From Octopus vulgaris (lineage: Eukaryota): DNA of 124,000 nt. The stretch spans positions 87,812,001 to 87,936,000 of the forward strand of contig OX597817.1 of the NCBI GenBank assembly GCA_951406725.2, written 5' to 3'. The notes beneath the pieces are model-generated. The model searched no databases and was not told the origin of the DNA. It saw only the letters and a list, made by a program, of their open reading frames with translations. Shown here one piece after another: positions 98,090-113,695 of the stretch; the stretch's first letter is position 1, and each line of letters opens with the position of its first letter. Both the position numbers and the translations under genes were made by a program.

Positions 98090-99463
98090 GTATGTATGTA
98101 TCCAGGCATGTATGTATATGTGTGTGTGTGCATGCGTTACTGTCTCCTTGCATTGATATCACATGCTAGTTGCCACCATAATGCAAGTGGTGTCTTTCAT
98201 TTCCAATATTCTGTGAAAATCATGTCTGGCCATGGGGATATTACCTTACTTAGAAACAAGGGCATCCATCTGTAGAAAATCTGCCTCAACAAATTCCATC
98301 CTATCTATGCAAGCATGGAAAAGTTGACATTAAAATGATGATGGTAGTATATATTTCATCTATAAGTAGCATTTTTAATATGTTATCATCATCATTGTTT
98401 AATGCCCATGTTTCCATACATCAGACCGTTTTTTTTCAGGCAGATTTTCTACAGCCAAATGCCCTTCTTGTGGCCAACCCTCATCTTTTTTCAAGCAAAG
98501 TAATATTCCCCATGATTAGATATGTTTTCATGGAAGGTTGGAAACAAATGACATGACTTGCTTGACGGTGACACATGTTTACAACAATCATATGATGTCA
98601 AAACAAAGAGACAGTAACATACAAACATACATGCATGTGTATGTGTGATGGGCTTCTTTCAGTCTTCATCTCAAATCCACTCACAAAGCTTTGGTCATTC
98701 AGGGCTGTAATAGAAGATGCTTGCCCAAGGTGCCATATCTTTCAACATCAGTTGAGCTCTTCAGTCATCCATATTTTATCCGCTTTAAACGATTTTTTAA
98801 TGTGTAGTCAGGATAGGAAGTGGAGAGCCCATAGCCTTTTCTTAGAGTATCTGCGACTGGTGGAAGGAAGGAAAGGAGGAAGTTTATCCTTGGACCACAC
98901 TCTTGTCAACCAAGTGAAAATACTTCCCTGCCAAATGTTTCCTTTACTTTTACAATTAACCAAGATTCCATAGACTTGTCATCTTTTATCTTTTATTTGT
99001 TTCAGTTGTTAGACTGCAGACATGGTGGGGCACTGCCTTGAAGACATTTTGATCAAATGAATCAACCCCAGTCCTTTTTTTTTCTCTTCTTTTTCATCCT
99101 AGTACTTATTCCACCAGATTCTTTTGCCAAGCTGCTAAGTTACGGGAATTTAAACACACCAACATCAGTTAAGTGGTGGGGTGGAGGGGACAAACACACA
99201 CATACACATACACACACACATACACACACATGCATATATTAAAGGCTTCTTTTAGTTTCCTTCTACCAAATCCACTCACAAGGCTTTGGTCGGCCTGAGG
99301 CTATAGTAGAAGACACTTGCACAAGGTGCAATGCAGTAGGGCTGAACCCAGAACCATGTGATTTGGGAAGCAAATGTCTTACTACTAAATAAATAATTCC
99401 ATGTATGTCCCAGTTAAATGTTGCTTCTCTTTTTCATCTTGTGATGTTTATATATTTTGCTAG

Positions 99464-99582
99464 GATTTATCAAGAATCTCTTAGAAGACACTTGGACAAC
99501 ATTGGAGTGTGGCACATCTGATATACCACCCACAACCCCTAAACAGTGGAGCACTGATGTCATTGACAGAACTAGTCACAAG
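99464..99582 (+). CDS. TBC1D32: TBC1D32 exon (GFIKNLLEDTWTTLECGTSDIPPTTPKQWSTDVIDRTSHK), phase 1 to 0
   Basis: ttttgctag acceptor, gtaatg donor; resembles [40 protein letters not shown]. Confidence 0.95.
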
Positions 99583-101552
99583 GTAATGATACTTAATTCT
99601 TTCTATTACTTGCTTCTGTTATTTGATTGTGGCCATGCTGGAGCACCACCTTAAAGAGTTTTATTTAGTTGAAGAAATTGACCCCTGGACTTATTCTTTG
99701 TAAGCCTAGTACTTAATCTATCAGTTATGGGACATAAATACACCATCATCAGTTGTCAAGTGATGATGGTGGGGACAAACACAAACACAAAGACACACAC
99801 ATACATACATATATATATATGACTGGCTGTGTGGTAAGTAGCTTGCTTACCAACCACATGGTTCTGGGTTCAGTCCCACTGCATGGCATCTTGAGCAAGT
99901 GTCTTCTGTTATAGCCTCGGGCCGACCAAAGCCTTGTGAGTGGATTTGATAGACGGAAACTGAAAGAAGCCTATTGTATATATGTGTATATATATATATA
100001 TATGTATGTGTGTGTATATGTTTGTGTATCTGTGTTTGTCGCCCCAGCATCGCTTGACAACCGATGCTGGTGTGTTTATGTCCCCGTAACTTAGCAGTTT
100101 GGCAAAAGAGACTAAGTCCTGGGGTTGATTTGCTTGACTAAAGGTGGTGCTCCAGCAGGGTTGCAGACAAATGACTGAAACAAGTAAAAGAGTAAGAGTA
100201 ATATATATATATATATATATATGATGGGCTTCTTTCAGTTTCTGTCTACCAAATCCACTCACCAGGCTTAGATCAGCCTGAGGCTATAGTAGAAGACACT
100301 TGCCCAAGGTGTCACACAGTGGGACTGAACCCAGAACTATGTGGTTGAGATGCAAGCTTCTTATCATACCACCACGCCTGCACCTAAATGTCAATAATAA
100401 ACTTGACTCAAGGTGGCAAGCTGGCAGAATTGTTAGCTTGCCAGGCAAAATGCTTCACAATATTTTGCTTATCTTTACGTTCTGAGTTCAAATTCCACTG
100501 AGATTGACTTTGCCTTTCATACTTTGGGGTCGATAAAGTTGAGGATTTGGGTTGACTTACTCACTCCCCCAAACTTGCTGGCTTTGTGCCAAAATTGGAA
100601 ATCAATAATATACTTCACAACATTGTCTTCTACTTCAGACAAGAAAATATTGGATGATAATCACACAAAATATTCATCTGCTACTAACATCACTGGTAAG
100701 CAAGGCACAGGTGTAGCTGTGTGGTTAAGAAGTTTGCTTCCCAACCACATGGTTTCTGGTTCAGTCCCACACCATGGCAAATTGGGCAAGTGTCTTCTAC
100801 TCTAGCCCCCCCCCCCCCAACTCCCAGGTCAACCCAAAGCCTTGCACGTCGATTTGGTAGACAGAAACTGAAAACAGCCTAACACATACACACACACACA
100901 CACATGCATGCACGCACACACCCTATCTGTCTCTCTTTATCTGTCTGTCCGTTTATCCATCTATTTATCTATCTATCAGTCGGTCAACTGTCTGTCTGTC
101001 TGTCTCTCTCTCTCCCACACACATTATTATTATTATTGTTTACTATTACCCATGTCTTATTTCTCACTCCATAAGTTCACACACACACTCTATCTACCAG
101101 TCAGTTTGTTGGCCTCTCTCTCTCTCTCTCTATCATATTATTATTATTGCAGCTATTATCCATGTCTTATTTCTCACTCCATAATTTCATGCGCGCATGC
101201 ATACACATACACATGTGTGTGCATGTTTGCATGTGTGTGTGTGTGTGTGTGTGTTTGCGCACGTGTGTGTGTTTGTATCTCCTTATCTTGATGTAGCATG
101301 ATAGTTGTAAATGAATGTCACTGTTACACAAGCAGTGTCATTTCACCTCCAATATTCTGCAAGAACATATTTGGGCATGGGGTAAATAGTACTTTGCTTA
101401 GAAACAGGTAAAGGTTGGCAACAGGAAGAGCATCCAGCCATAGAAAATCTGCCTCAATAAACTCATTCTGAGCATGAAAAGTTGACACGAAAACAATGAC
101501 GATGATGATGATGATGGTAACTTCCACCTCTACCATTACCACAACTATTATT

Positions 101553-101587
<35 letters not shown>

Positions 101588-104187
101588 AATGAATACCTAA
101601 TACTGTCAGTGCTACCATCATTTTCATAATAATCACCTCCACATCAACCACCAACACTATCACCATCACTACCACCATCATCATCAATGCTATACTAAGT
101701 TAACTGAGCCAAAGTTCTTTTATTCTTTCATTCTTTTATTTGTTTCAGTCATTTGACTGTGGCCATCCTGGAGCACTACCTTTAGTCAAGCAAATCGACG
101801 CTAGGACTTATTCTTTGTAAGCCTAGTACTTATTCTATTGGTCTCTCTTACCGAACTGCTAACTGACGGGGATGTAAACACACCAGCATCGGTTGTCAAG
101901 CGATGTTGGGGGGACAAACACAGACACACAAACACACATACACATATATATATATACGACGGGCTTCTTTCAGTTTCCATCTACCAAATTCACTCACAAG
102001 GCTTTGATCGGCCCGAGGCAATAATAGAAGACACTTGCCCATGGTGCCACACAGTGGGATTGAACCCGGAACCATGTGGTTGGTTCTTATTCTTCTCACT
102101 GCATTGTTTCACTTGCAAAGACACTTAGCTTCCAATGGTAATATCTACATCTGTTTTTGTTGTTGTTGTCATCACCGGTATGGTAGTGGTGGTGGTGATA
102201 GTCATCATCATCATTGTTGTGGTGATGGTGGTCTTCTTCATTGTTGTAGTAGTGGTGGTAACCATCGTCATTATTGTTGTAGTAGTGGTAGTGGCCATCG
102301 TGCTCAATGTCATCATCATTATTATCATCATTGTCTTTGTTGTTGCTTAGCCCGTTTAACCTTGGTCAGATACATCCGTGATCAAAAACACTCATACCAC
102401 AGGTACTCTATCTTTTTAAGGCAGTCTAGGACTACCATATCCTCATGTGTCCTTTCCTTATTTAAGATAGTTGGATGTTGTTCACAAGCTTGATTGTTAT
102501 TTCTTCTTCTTCTTCTTCTTCTTCTTCTTCTTCTTCTTCTTCTTCTTCTTCTTCTTCTCCACCTCCTCCTCCTCCTCATCCTCATCCTCCTCCTCCTCTG
102601 CCAAGAATTCACAGCATCCTTGAACCCACAAAAAAGACAGAGACAGGCAGAAACAAGGAAAATGCCCCTTGTATTTGAATACTATGCAAATATTCTTTTA
102701 AAAACTTTTCATTTAATTTTTCCATAATTTAATTGTTTTTCATACTTACAGTTGAAAAAGTCTCAATGACTGAAACTGGTACTGAAATGTTTTTTATAAA
102801 AATATTTTAGCATTTCTACCTTGACTTTTTTCCTATATATATATATATATATATATATATACGGAGCAAATAATTCACGAAGAATAATTTGCAAAGATAC
102901 CATTGACTCTGTTATTATCATTTAAAAATGATAATAACAGAATCAATAATATAGGTGATTGCAGGACCCGCCAAAAAAGCATTAAATAATTGAAGGATTA
103001 AAATTAATCAAAAGACATAGTAAGTATGTCTGACTGCTGGAAATAACAGTCAAAACTCTTATTTAAATCCCAAAAATACACTGATAATAACTACAGAAAT
103101 CAACTGCCCAAAGGTATATGGGCTAAGACATTCTTTCAGCATAGTATTTGGACTCACGTGGACTGGTTTCTGGACTGGCATAATAGCCTAACCTTCCTCA
103201 GCACACGTTACCATGATAGAGCGCCCCAACCTGTTGTGTCAAAGTCTGTGCTGCGACTGATTCATTTTGCACTGAAATCATGGCAGCCACCAGTGTGAAA
103301 ATATATATATATAGCACATGATCACGTGACCAACCAGACCATCAGATGTTGCTACACATCGCTGGTCACAATGTGTTCGCATTGTTTTAGCCTTCGAAGG
103401 ATTCCACCCCACTGGCTAAGTGAGCAGGCCAACATATATATATATATATATATATGGAGAGAGAGAGAGTGAGAGTGAGAGGTATGAAAGTTAAGATCCA
103501 AGGAAATGATATATGATATATTGTCAATGTAGCAGATGTTGTTTATGTAAGGTAGTATTTAGACATTAACATTAAATGTGTCACACCATTATAGATGTAT
103601 ATAGATTACCACAAGTACTCAAGCCAGCAAGGGAGCCATTCAATAGTGTCACCAGACTTGCTAAAGCAGCAGTCAATTTTTCTCTCATATCACACCCTAC
103701 CACCTTTTATCTTTTAACTTGTTTCAGTAATTGGACTGTGGCCATGCTGGAGTACTGCCTTGATGAGGTCTTCGTTGAGCAAATTGACACCCAGTACATA
103801 ACATTTTTTAAAGCCTGGTACTGATTCTATCAGTTTCTTTTGCTGAACTGCTAATTTACAGGGATGTATACAAACCAACACCAGTTGTCAAGCAGTGGTG
103901 GATGACAAAGTCACACACACAAATACATATATAACTGTCTGACTGACTGGCATTTCATCAGTTATGACAAGGGTTCCAGTCAACGGAACAGCTGCTCGTG
104001 AAATTAATGTGCATGTGGCTGAGCACTCCACAGACATGTGTACCCTTAATTTAGTTCTCAAGGAGATTCAGCATGACATAAATTGTAGAGTGTCTTGCTC
104101 AAGAACACTAAGCATTGCTGGGAATTGAACTCATGACTTTATGATTGTGAACCAAATACCCTAACTACCAAGCCACATGCCTTACAC

Positions 104188-104233
<46 letters not shown>

Positions 104234-105337
104234 TGTATATATACATATTGCGATCCTAAAACCAAGGTGCCATGTAAAATGCATTGGTGTGAGTGCTGGT
104301 GCCATGTAAAAAGCACTGGTGACAGTTGGCATTAGGAAGGGCATCCATCCATAGAAGCCTAGCCAAAACAGACTAGGGAACCTCATGCAGCCCCTAACCT
104401 TGCCAGTTTCCATCTACCAAAGGTGGGTGAGAAGCAAGTTTCTTATCACACAGCAAAGTCACAAAAAGAAAAGTGTGACATATTTCATGATGTGATCTTA
104501 GATACATTTATCATCATCATCATCATCATCATCATCATTTAACATTCATGTTCCATGCTGGCTTGGGTTGGACTTTATGTCTTTAAAAAAAAGTGGTTTA
104601 GAATCATTACTGGGACACACTTTTTACCAAGGTCTGTTCAATGAAGTCTGACTTAGGGCAAAGCAACTATGACTACCACTACTGCTGCCACCACCACCAC
104701 TGCTTCTACTACTACTGCTACTACTACTACTACTAGTCTTATTATGCAGCCAAGTCTCTTTGCATTATGATTAGTATGCGTTCACCCCATCTTGTTTCAT
104801 TCAGATAGATTTCCCCCTCATGTTTCCTGGCGGAAATCCAGCAATATCAAATTACTGAGTCTCTAGAGGGACGGAGATAATGGGTGACAGGATTAATCAG
104901 AACGTGTGTATATGTGTGTTATGTTGTACATGTGTTATAGGTTGTGTATATGTGTGTGTGTATGTGTGTGTGCGTGTCTGTTCTGTACAGGTGTGAATGT
105001 ATGTGTGTGCTGTATTGCATATGTGTTGTATGTTGTGTGCATGTTGCATCTGTTGTGTCTGTTAAGTTTGTGTGTATGTATGTGCATGATTACGTATGGT
105101 ATGTGTGTGTGTATGTTGTGTGCATGTTTGTGTATGCATGTAAGTTGTCATTGATTAAGTCTATAACATTGCTAAATTCTGTTAAATCCTGTGAAACTAA
105201 TGATTTTTTTCATCCTGTTGCTTTCTCCTTTCATTTTCATTTCCAATTGAACAATGAAGGGATGAGGAGGAAAATTACACACACACACAGATATATACAC
105301 ATATATATATATATATGCATATATACATATATATATG

Positions 105338-105381
<44 letters not shown>

Positions 105382-108300
105382 AGTATATGTATTCTTCATT
105401 GCCATTACCCAACATATTGCATTCTGATATAATTCCAAGCTAAGCTCCCTGCATCATCTAACGGTGTGTAGGACATGTTCAGTCCACACACCCCTCCTCC
105501 TCCTCTTCCTCTTCCACCTTTATAATCACATGGGTGCACGTTTACATATTCTGTTATATTCAATAATCGTTAGTAATTGATGACTGCAGCAGCAGCATCA
105601 TCAACTATCACCGCCACCACTATTCGTGTTACCACCAATACCATCCCCACCACCACCACTACCTGCACTACCACCCACCTTTATTATAACTGACAACACC
105701 ATCAACATTTTAATCATTACTATTAATATTACCACCTGCACTACAACCAACACCACCACCAACAACAGCAACATTATTACCACAACCATCACTGCTACTA
105801 TCACCACCACTATCATCACCTCCTCCACTATCTCCACCACTGCGATTGCTGCTACCACAGCTATCATCATCATCATCATCACCAACACCACCACAATACC
105901 ACCACTGCCACTACACTTCCTTTTTCTTTGTGTTTTATTTTCTAACAAAAGCGAGCTTTTGTGTCTGTTCCAGCAACTTTGGTAGGCGCCATGCCAGACA
106001 TTAGTCTGAATAACAAATCAAAATTATATGAGGATTTATTAAAATTTATTGCTTATCAACATCAAAGAGGAGGAGAGATCAGTAATGTGGGGGGAACAAA
106101 GAAGAGGGTAAGGAAGAGGAATAAATGAGCATTACATCTAGAATATGGAATGGTGTCGTCTGTTACAGTTAAGCCAGTATGGTTGGGGAATCAGTTAGTG
106201 CATCAGTCCAATGCTTAGAGTGCTAAAGAGGGGTCTGTGACTATATCTGCCAGGTATAGGAAATCCAAGGAGGGCCTGTGATTATATTTACCAGACTGGG
106301 CCTGGAGATCCAAAGAGAGCTTGTGATTATATCTACTAAGCAATGCCTAAAGAACTAATAGGGGTTTATGATCATATCTACAAGGTCCCTCTCTAAAATA
106401 GATCCCTTGAATTTTGAGAGGACCTCCATCCTCCCAAGGGCCAAAACAGTCTTTTTCTTCATAACCAATTTCTCTTGGAGTTCCAGCATGTTAGCACTGT
106501 GAAGTAAATGATAAAAAGTAGACCATAATGTTTGCAATTATATCAATAATTCTTTCTACTATAAGCCTGAAATTTTTTTGGAGGGTGCTAGTCAATTTCT
106601 TTGATCCCAGAGCTCAGCTGATGCTTATTTTATCAATACCAAAAGGATGAAAAGCAAAGTCAACCTTGGCAGAATTTGAACTCAAAACGTAAAGACAGAT
106701 GAAATGTTGCTAAGCATTTTATCCAACACTGTAATGATTCTGCCAGCTAACTGCCTTTGTAATTATACCTGTAATAGTTGTAAGTATACAATGGTTAAGG
106801 AGATAAAGCACTGAATCACATAGTTCAAGTGTGTTGTATCTGTCTCTCAAACATCATCACAAATTTAACCCATATATTTAACTAGTTTTTAAGATGGTAG
106901 GTAGTATTTGAGGAAGATTTGGTTGTAATTTTTTGCAAGTGAAGTAACCATGTCATGGCTTCCTTCACATGATTCCTCTTTACATGTCAGAGTATAAAAT
107001 AAAGTCCTCAGTTAAGTGGAGACATGCTGTAACTGGAAAAATGAATCTGTGACTCATACTTTTTTGAGTGACTGTGTGTCAGAGGACTGCTACCCAATAC
107101 AGGTTCACCTGAGACAATCACAACAATATTAACTTCACAAGCACTGGCAATACCATAGAAAATAATCAGTGTTTCTTTATCTTACATGCTCTGAATACAC
107201 TACAGTGGTTTCTCCTGTCACTTGACAGGTTCTTACAGTCACTGCAGTAGCTGTGACATTCCACTTAAATCACTAACACCTTTTTGAGCAAGCTAATATG
107301 ATATTGCTTTATACATTTTGTCAACCTGCAAAAAATAGCAGTCAAATCTTTCTCAAATCCCATCAAAGATGATAATAATGGAGAAACAGGAGAAGAAAGG
107401 TAGGTAACCACAAAGTAAGTTGAAATAGTTCACTCCCCACTTTCCCAGGTATACTGGTATATTACTGGTGCTTGTTCTCATTCTGTAGTTTCAGTTAGTG
107501 TTACTGAAACAGATGAACTGGGTCAGAAATAACCTATTGAATAAAGCAGGTGGTTGACATTTCAAGCTGTAGTTTTTCATTGATGGCTGTACTGCATTAA
107601 GTTTTATTAATTAATCACATATTTATTTTATGATACAATAATGAAGTGCCAATCACTCTAAGTGAATGGAAATTGTGGAAGAGGTTAGATCCAGGAAGAC
107701 AAGGGACAAAGTTCTGAAGGACGACTTCAGGACACTGAACTTTTCAGAGGAGATGACAAAGGACCAAAGCAGAAGTGTTAAGGCCTCTCCCAATGATGAA
107801 GAGGACTGGCTTGCAAGAGCCATGCGCTGGTGCCATGTAAAAAGCACTCATGCTGATGCATGTCGAAAGCACCCAGCATACTGTAAAATAGTTGGCATTA
107901 GGAAAGGCATCCAGTCATAGAAACCAAACCAAGCTAGACTGGAACTTGGTGCAGCACTCTGGCCTACCAGCTTTGGTCAAACCATCCAACCCGTACCAGT
108001 ATGTAAAACAGATGTTAAAGAAGGAGGAGGAGGAATCGCTGTTGTCTTTTTTTTTAGACATCTATGTCATTGACTGTTATATCTTTCTTCTTTTACCCTT
108101 TACTTGTTTCAGTCATTGGACTTTGACCATGCTGGAGCTCTACCTTGGAGGGTTTAGTCAAACAAATCAACCTTAATATTTATGCTTGTTTGTTTTTTTA
108201 AATACTTATTCTATTGTTATCACTAAGTTATAAGGACATAAACAAACCAACACTAGTGGTGGGAGGAATAGAATAAGACACACATATATGTATTATGCAT

Positions 108301-108776
108301 GCACACACATACAACAGGTTTCCACACAGCTTCTATCAGCCAAATTGACTTACAAGGCATTAGTCAGCCTGGGGTGGTGGTAGAAGACACTTGTCTAAGG
108401 TGCCATGCAGCGGAACTGAAACCCAAACCACGTGGTTGAAAAGCAAACATCCTAACCACAACCATTCCTACACCTATGCTGTATGAAGGTTTAGTAATCA
108501 ATTATGTGGTGATATTGTTTCAATAGCTGTAGTCATTCATTGCCACTCATACTGCAATTAGTAGTTATTTGTATTATTTTATGCATGTATCTTACAACTG
108601 GTGAACACGGTGCAGATGTAGCTATGTGGTAAGTTTACTTCCCAACCACGATTCCAAGTTCAGTCCCACTGCATGGCACCTTGGGCAAGCCTCTTCTACT
108701 ATAGCCTCAGGCTGGCCAAAGCCTTGTGAGGGAACTTGGTAAACAGAAAGTGAAAGAAGCCAACCCATTGTGTGTA

Positions 108777-108832
<56 letters not shown>

Positions 108833-110269
108833 CAAAATAAGCAACAGGGATATCTAGAGGTAATGCAGCACAATCATTTCATGCAACTCCATTTAATTGA
108901 AAAATGTAATCATTATATCAATTTAAAATGCAGAGCAATCTTCAGCTGCACAAAGACATAGAATTTAATTAAATTAGAACAGATGGACACATTAGTATAA
109001 TTATACCTAAAATCTCCAAGAAGTTAAGGAGATATATATATATATATATATACAGAAGTGTGTGTGTGTGTGTGTGTGTGTGCGCATGTGTGTGTGTGTT
109101 TGTGTGTGTGTGTGTCCTACTACTTTTTGACAACTGGTGTTGGTGTGTTTGCGTCTCTGTAACTTAGTGGTTTGGTAAAGAGAAAAAAGATTAAAAAAAT
109201 GTAAGTACTAGGCTTAACAAAATAAGTACCGAAGTAAGTTCATTTGACTAAAATGTTCCCTGAGGTGGTGCCCCAGTACAGCTGCAGTGTAATGACTGAA
109301 ACAAGTAAATGATAAAAGATAATAGAATTATTGATTACAATACAGTCCATTTAGTCCAAACACTAGTTCATTTTATTTATTATGATAAAAATGATGAGAT
109401 TATTTGACCATCATAGGTGATATAAATATCACAATAGACACTACGTGATCAGTTTTCTCACTAATAAATATGTACAAATATATATAAGGAACTTCTACAC
109501 AGTTTCTCTCTACCAATTCCTCTCACGTGGTACTTGGTCAACCTTGCATTACAGTTGAAGATACTCAAAGTGCTGCAAAGCTGCATTGAACCTGGGACCT
109601 TGGTAATTATGTTGCTGTTACAAAGACCACATAAAAGCTCCTTCATTTATTTACTTTGTATTTGTTTTATACATAAAGCGATTGTTTAACATAGTTCAGT
109701 CCCATGCTGAAAGTATTCTGACCATGACCATTCATAATGGTGCCCCAGCATGGCCATAGCCTATTGGTTGAAACCAATAACAGAACCCTGTCTAATTTTT
109801 AAGTTTTGTGTGTCTAAGACTACATTATCCAGTATGTTCTCCTCTTTTTAAATATTCAGTGTGATGGGAATTTGGTTGCTATTTCTAACAGATTGACTGA
109901 CCACATAGAGCAGGCATGGGCAACCATTTTTGAGAAGTGGACCACATGAGACATAGTTCATCATCAATACACTGCTAAAAAAATTTAAGGTAACTTTTTG
110001 TTAGGTATACCATTCAGAAAGTCCTGCAGGCTGCAGATTGCCCATGACAGGCAAAAATTTCCTCTTTCCTCTAAAGTAGACATTACAAGGGATTGAACCT
110101 GAGACTATCCATATACTTTTTCAATTTTAGAAAATAATATTTCTAATCAATGAAAAAAATGTATATTAGTTTCATATTTTGAAGTTCAAGACAGATTTTC
110201 ATTCCATAGTTTGGAATCAAAATATTCTCTATGTATTCGTCTAAGAGTATAACTGGTTATTACTGTTAC

Positions 110270-110980
110270 TAATTAGCTCAAACTTGGTTCAGACTTCTAT
110301 CAACATATCAAGGACAGAATGCATGGCAACAGACACATCTAATCTGGACCTCAACTTTAGGATATACAGCAAACCAGTAAAGCAAGTTTCTGAATTCATC
110401 TACCTTGGATACAAACTCTCTTTGTAAAACAATGGAATGATAGCTGTGAACCATGGAATTGAATTTGGTTTGGCAGCCTTTAGTAAGAACAAAATTGTGC
110501 TTACTTCAAAACAAATCCCAAACCACACAAAATCAAGCATCTACAATATCTTTACTCCTCCAGTAGTTTTATATTGTCAAGAATGTGCTAACAGGATCTT
110601 TGTTGTCCTAAAGGAACTGGAAATCTTTCAGAAACATGTAATGCAACACCAAACTCTCAGGCCATGTCAGAATTGAAGATCTAAGGCAAATAACCAAATT
110701 ACCATTAATCTCTGTCATTGAAAATAAAGTATTCAAACTATTTGGCTACACTAAGTGAATGGTTGGTGACATCAGCAAGATCTGTTAAGAAGGTACTATT
110801 AATGGAAAGAGAAACAGAAGTTGGCAATCTAAGAAATGGAAAGATAACATCACAGCATGGACAGGCCTTGACATAGTTTCTCTGAATGCTCTTGCCAAAG
110901 ATTGAATACTATAGCAACAAATATCTCGTGTTGGTGCACATTCTGCCACAGGCAGAGAAAACAGGAAATGATGATGAAGC
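110270..110980 (+). mobile_element. Decayed RTE-like LINE 3' ORF fragment
   Basis: KQVSEFIYLG and TKSSIYNIFTPPVVLYCQEC motifs. Confidence 0.65.
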
Positions 110981-111724
110981 AGTTTCCTTCAGAATATTAC
111001 AAGACATCTGCCAAATATAAAAAAAAAATACAAGAAGTTGATTTAAGCTGAAATTTTGTTACCAACCAGCTTACGACCAGCCCTAGTTCTATGATACAAT
111101 CTTCTTGTTCTAAAATGATCTGAATAAAAACCTTCCATCAAATTTCATGTTTATTTATGTTTGAAGCACCAGCTTAATAATGCCAGACATTTTCCAAAAT
111201 TCTTCATCATTTTCAAAATAAATTGTAACAAAGGCAGTGTATTTCAATAGAATTACAGTAACAAAAGGGTTTGATAAATTATCCTCTTTTCATAATGACT
111301 AATATAGGCTAACCAATGTTAGATTTATTTTAGTGACAGCAGAAATAGTTTTGATTGTTTTGTTTATTGCAGAGCCAGTCATAGAATGTTGAGAAAAACA
111401 AATATAACTGATCTTAAGCACAATAGAGTTACTGTGAATTTTTTGTCAAATGAATGCTGACCTTTTTACTGTTGAAATAAGATGTATCCACTCAAAATTT
111501 CATTATCCTTATTTGCGGAAAACAGTTTTATATACCAGTCTATCTTTTGTTGAAGAAAGTCATATTTGAAATTATTTTCGTTAAGAGATATGTCTAGTCT
111601 ATTGAGAAAACATGACTTGCAGAAAATAAACAATTCTATTTTTGGTAGAAGTATAACATCATTACTGAAATAACCATGAAATTCAGTTTTGCAGTTAAAA
111701 GGTTAAAGATGTTTAGCAAACATC

Positions 111725-111960
111725 AACATACATCAGCAAATAAAAGGCAGCAAGTTGGCAGAAATGTTAGCACACTGGGCGAAATGCTTATCAGTATTTC
111801 ATCTGTCTTTACGTTCTAAGTTCAAATTCCGCTGAGGTCGACTTTGCTTTTCATCCTTCTAGGGTCGATAAATTATGTACCAATTGTGTACTGGGGTAGA
111901 TCTAATTGACTGGGCCCCTCCCCAAAAATTTCAGGCCTTGTGCCTAAAATAGAAAAGAAT
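111725..111960 (+). mobile_element. tRNA-derived SINE with conserved central domain (exemplar; about 15 copies in the window)
   Basis: gttcaaattcc B-box-like; central gtcgactttgcttttcatccttctagggtcgataaa...gtacca resembles MetaSINE/Sauria-type cores (naming from memory). Confidence 0.75.
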
Positions 111961-113695
111961 AATTTGTTTGATTTCCATAAACGAGACCCCATACTCTTGT
112001 TAGATTCATCAGTCCACTGGAGTAATTTTGACTGAGTAAACACACAACAAGGTGTCTCAAAGTACTCTTACAGTGGTTAACCATTTGTATTATGAGCACA
112101 CATCATCAAAAGAGGGAGATATTCTCCAATAATGAAAAACAACAGCAATCAGATATTCATGTTCAAATCTACCAGATCATATTAGCACCATCATCATCAT
112201 CATCATCATCATCATTTAATTTTGCCATCCATGATTGTATGATTTGGACTATTTGACAGGAGTTAGGCAAGCCAGAGAGCTGCACCAGGTTCCATTATCT
112301 GCTTTGGCATAGTTTCTACAGCTGGATGCCCTTCTTAATGCCAACCCCTTTACAGGGGTACTTTTTATGTGGCACCAACACCAGTGGGGTCGCCAAGTAA
112401 CTTGCAAGATGAAGACCTCTCAGCTGGGAAAGGGGGTGGAACTGAGGAAGTGAAGAAAGTAGCTTTGTGCTAGGTGAGAGGGTAGAGTATAAGTGAGGGA
112501 TAGAGATAGGTGTCTTACTGTAGAAAAGATACTTGGCTACCCTATTATCAAAAGAAAGGAGAGATAGAGTTAGAGAGAAAGATACAGAGACAGCTAGAGT
112601 GAGAGAGAGAGAAATAGATGCATCAGGACCTTCTCGTATGTAGCAGATGTATGGTGGCTACTATGAATATGTATGTTAGTGAATTTTGAAGAATTGCTAA
112701 GTAACTGTTATGTAGAGCAGTAAAAGAGACTGACTAGTTTTTGCAAGCTGTATATATTTATATCCAATATAACACCAAGATTGGTTGAAGTACCCTGTTT
112801 AAGAGTATGTAGTATATCCTTTATGGTATTAAATAATTACCTCCACCTTGGTGGAGGTATTGTTTTCAGTTGTGTTTGTTTGATTGTTTATCTGTGGACA
112901 AGATATCTCAAGAACCGTTGGATGGATTCAGATGAAACTTTCAGAGATGTTTCACCTTGTGACTGGCATGAACTGATTAGATTTTGAGATCGAGTCAGTA
113001 CTGGACACGGATTCTGGATTATTTTACCATTTTTTATACTTAATTTTTGAGAGCAGTCTGGTTAATTTTAGTTTGTGAGAACAGTTGAGTTTATTTCAGA
113101 TATTCTCATTTTAAAAATCATCTCTGGCTAATCATTGAGAGGACGTTGATATTGCCTTAGTGGAGGTTTATGCTCTCAGAGTGCTCTTGTTTAATATTTG
113201 TTTTGATATTTATTTGTTAGGGTAAAGGTGGTGAACTGGCAGAATCGTTAGCACACCAGACAAAATTTATAGCAGCATTCCATCTGTCTTTACATTTTGA
113301 GTTCAAATTCTGCCAAAGTTGACATTACCTTTCATCCTTTTGAGATCAATAAAATAAGTGCCAGTTGAGTATTGGGGTCAATGTAATTGACTTACCCCTC
113401 CCCCTAACTTACTGGCCTTGTGCCAAAGTTTGAAACTAATATTTATTTGTTAAGATAAAGGCAGCAAGCTGACAGGATTGTTAGCACTCTGGGCAAAATG
113501 CTTAGCAGCATTTCGTCTATTTTTACTTTCTGGATGAATAAAATAAATACCTATTGAGTGCTGGGATCAATGTAATCAACTTATTCTCTCCCCAAAAATT
113601 GCTGGCCTTGTGCTAAAATTTGAAACCAGTATTCATTTGTTAGGGTACTCCATTTTATGGTATTTAATATGCATTTTTTTTTTTCTATTTTGCAG

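Noticed and set aside
101324-102727. Poly-Met/Asp/Thr/Arg/Ser ORFs
   Set aside because: Trinucleotide repeats (CAT, GTG, TTC) read in several frames.
105601-105985. Mucin-like Thr-rich 119-aa ORF
   Set aside because: Degenerate (CAC/CAT)n low-complexity tract open on both strands.
107235-107325. Minus-strand exon-like segment suggesting a nested antisense gene (also 44496-44600)
   Set aside because: Stops in the relevant frames or no recognisable peptide, and no partner exons found.
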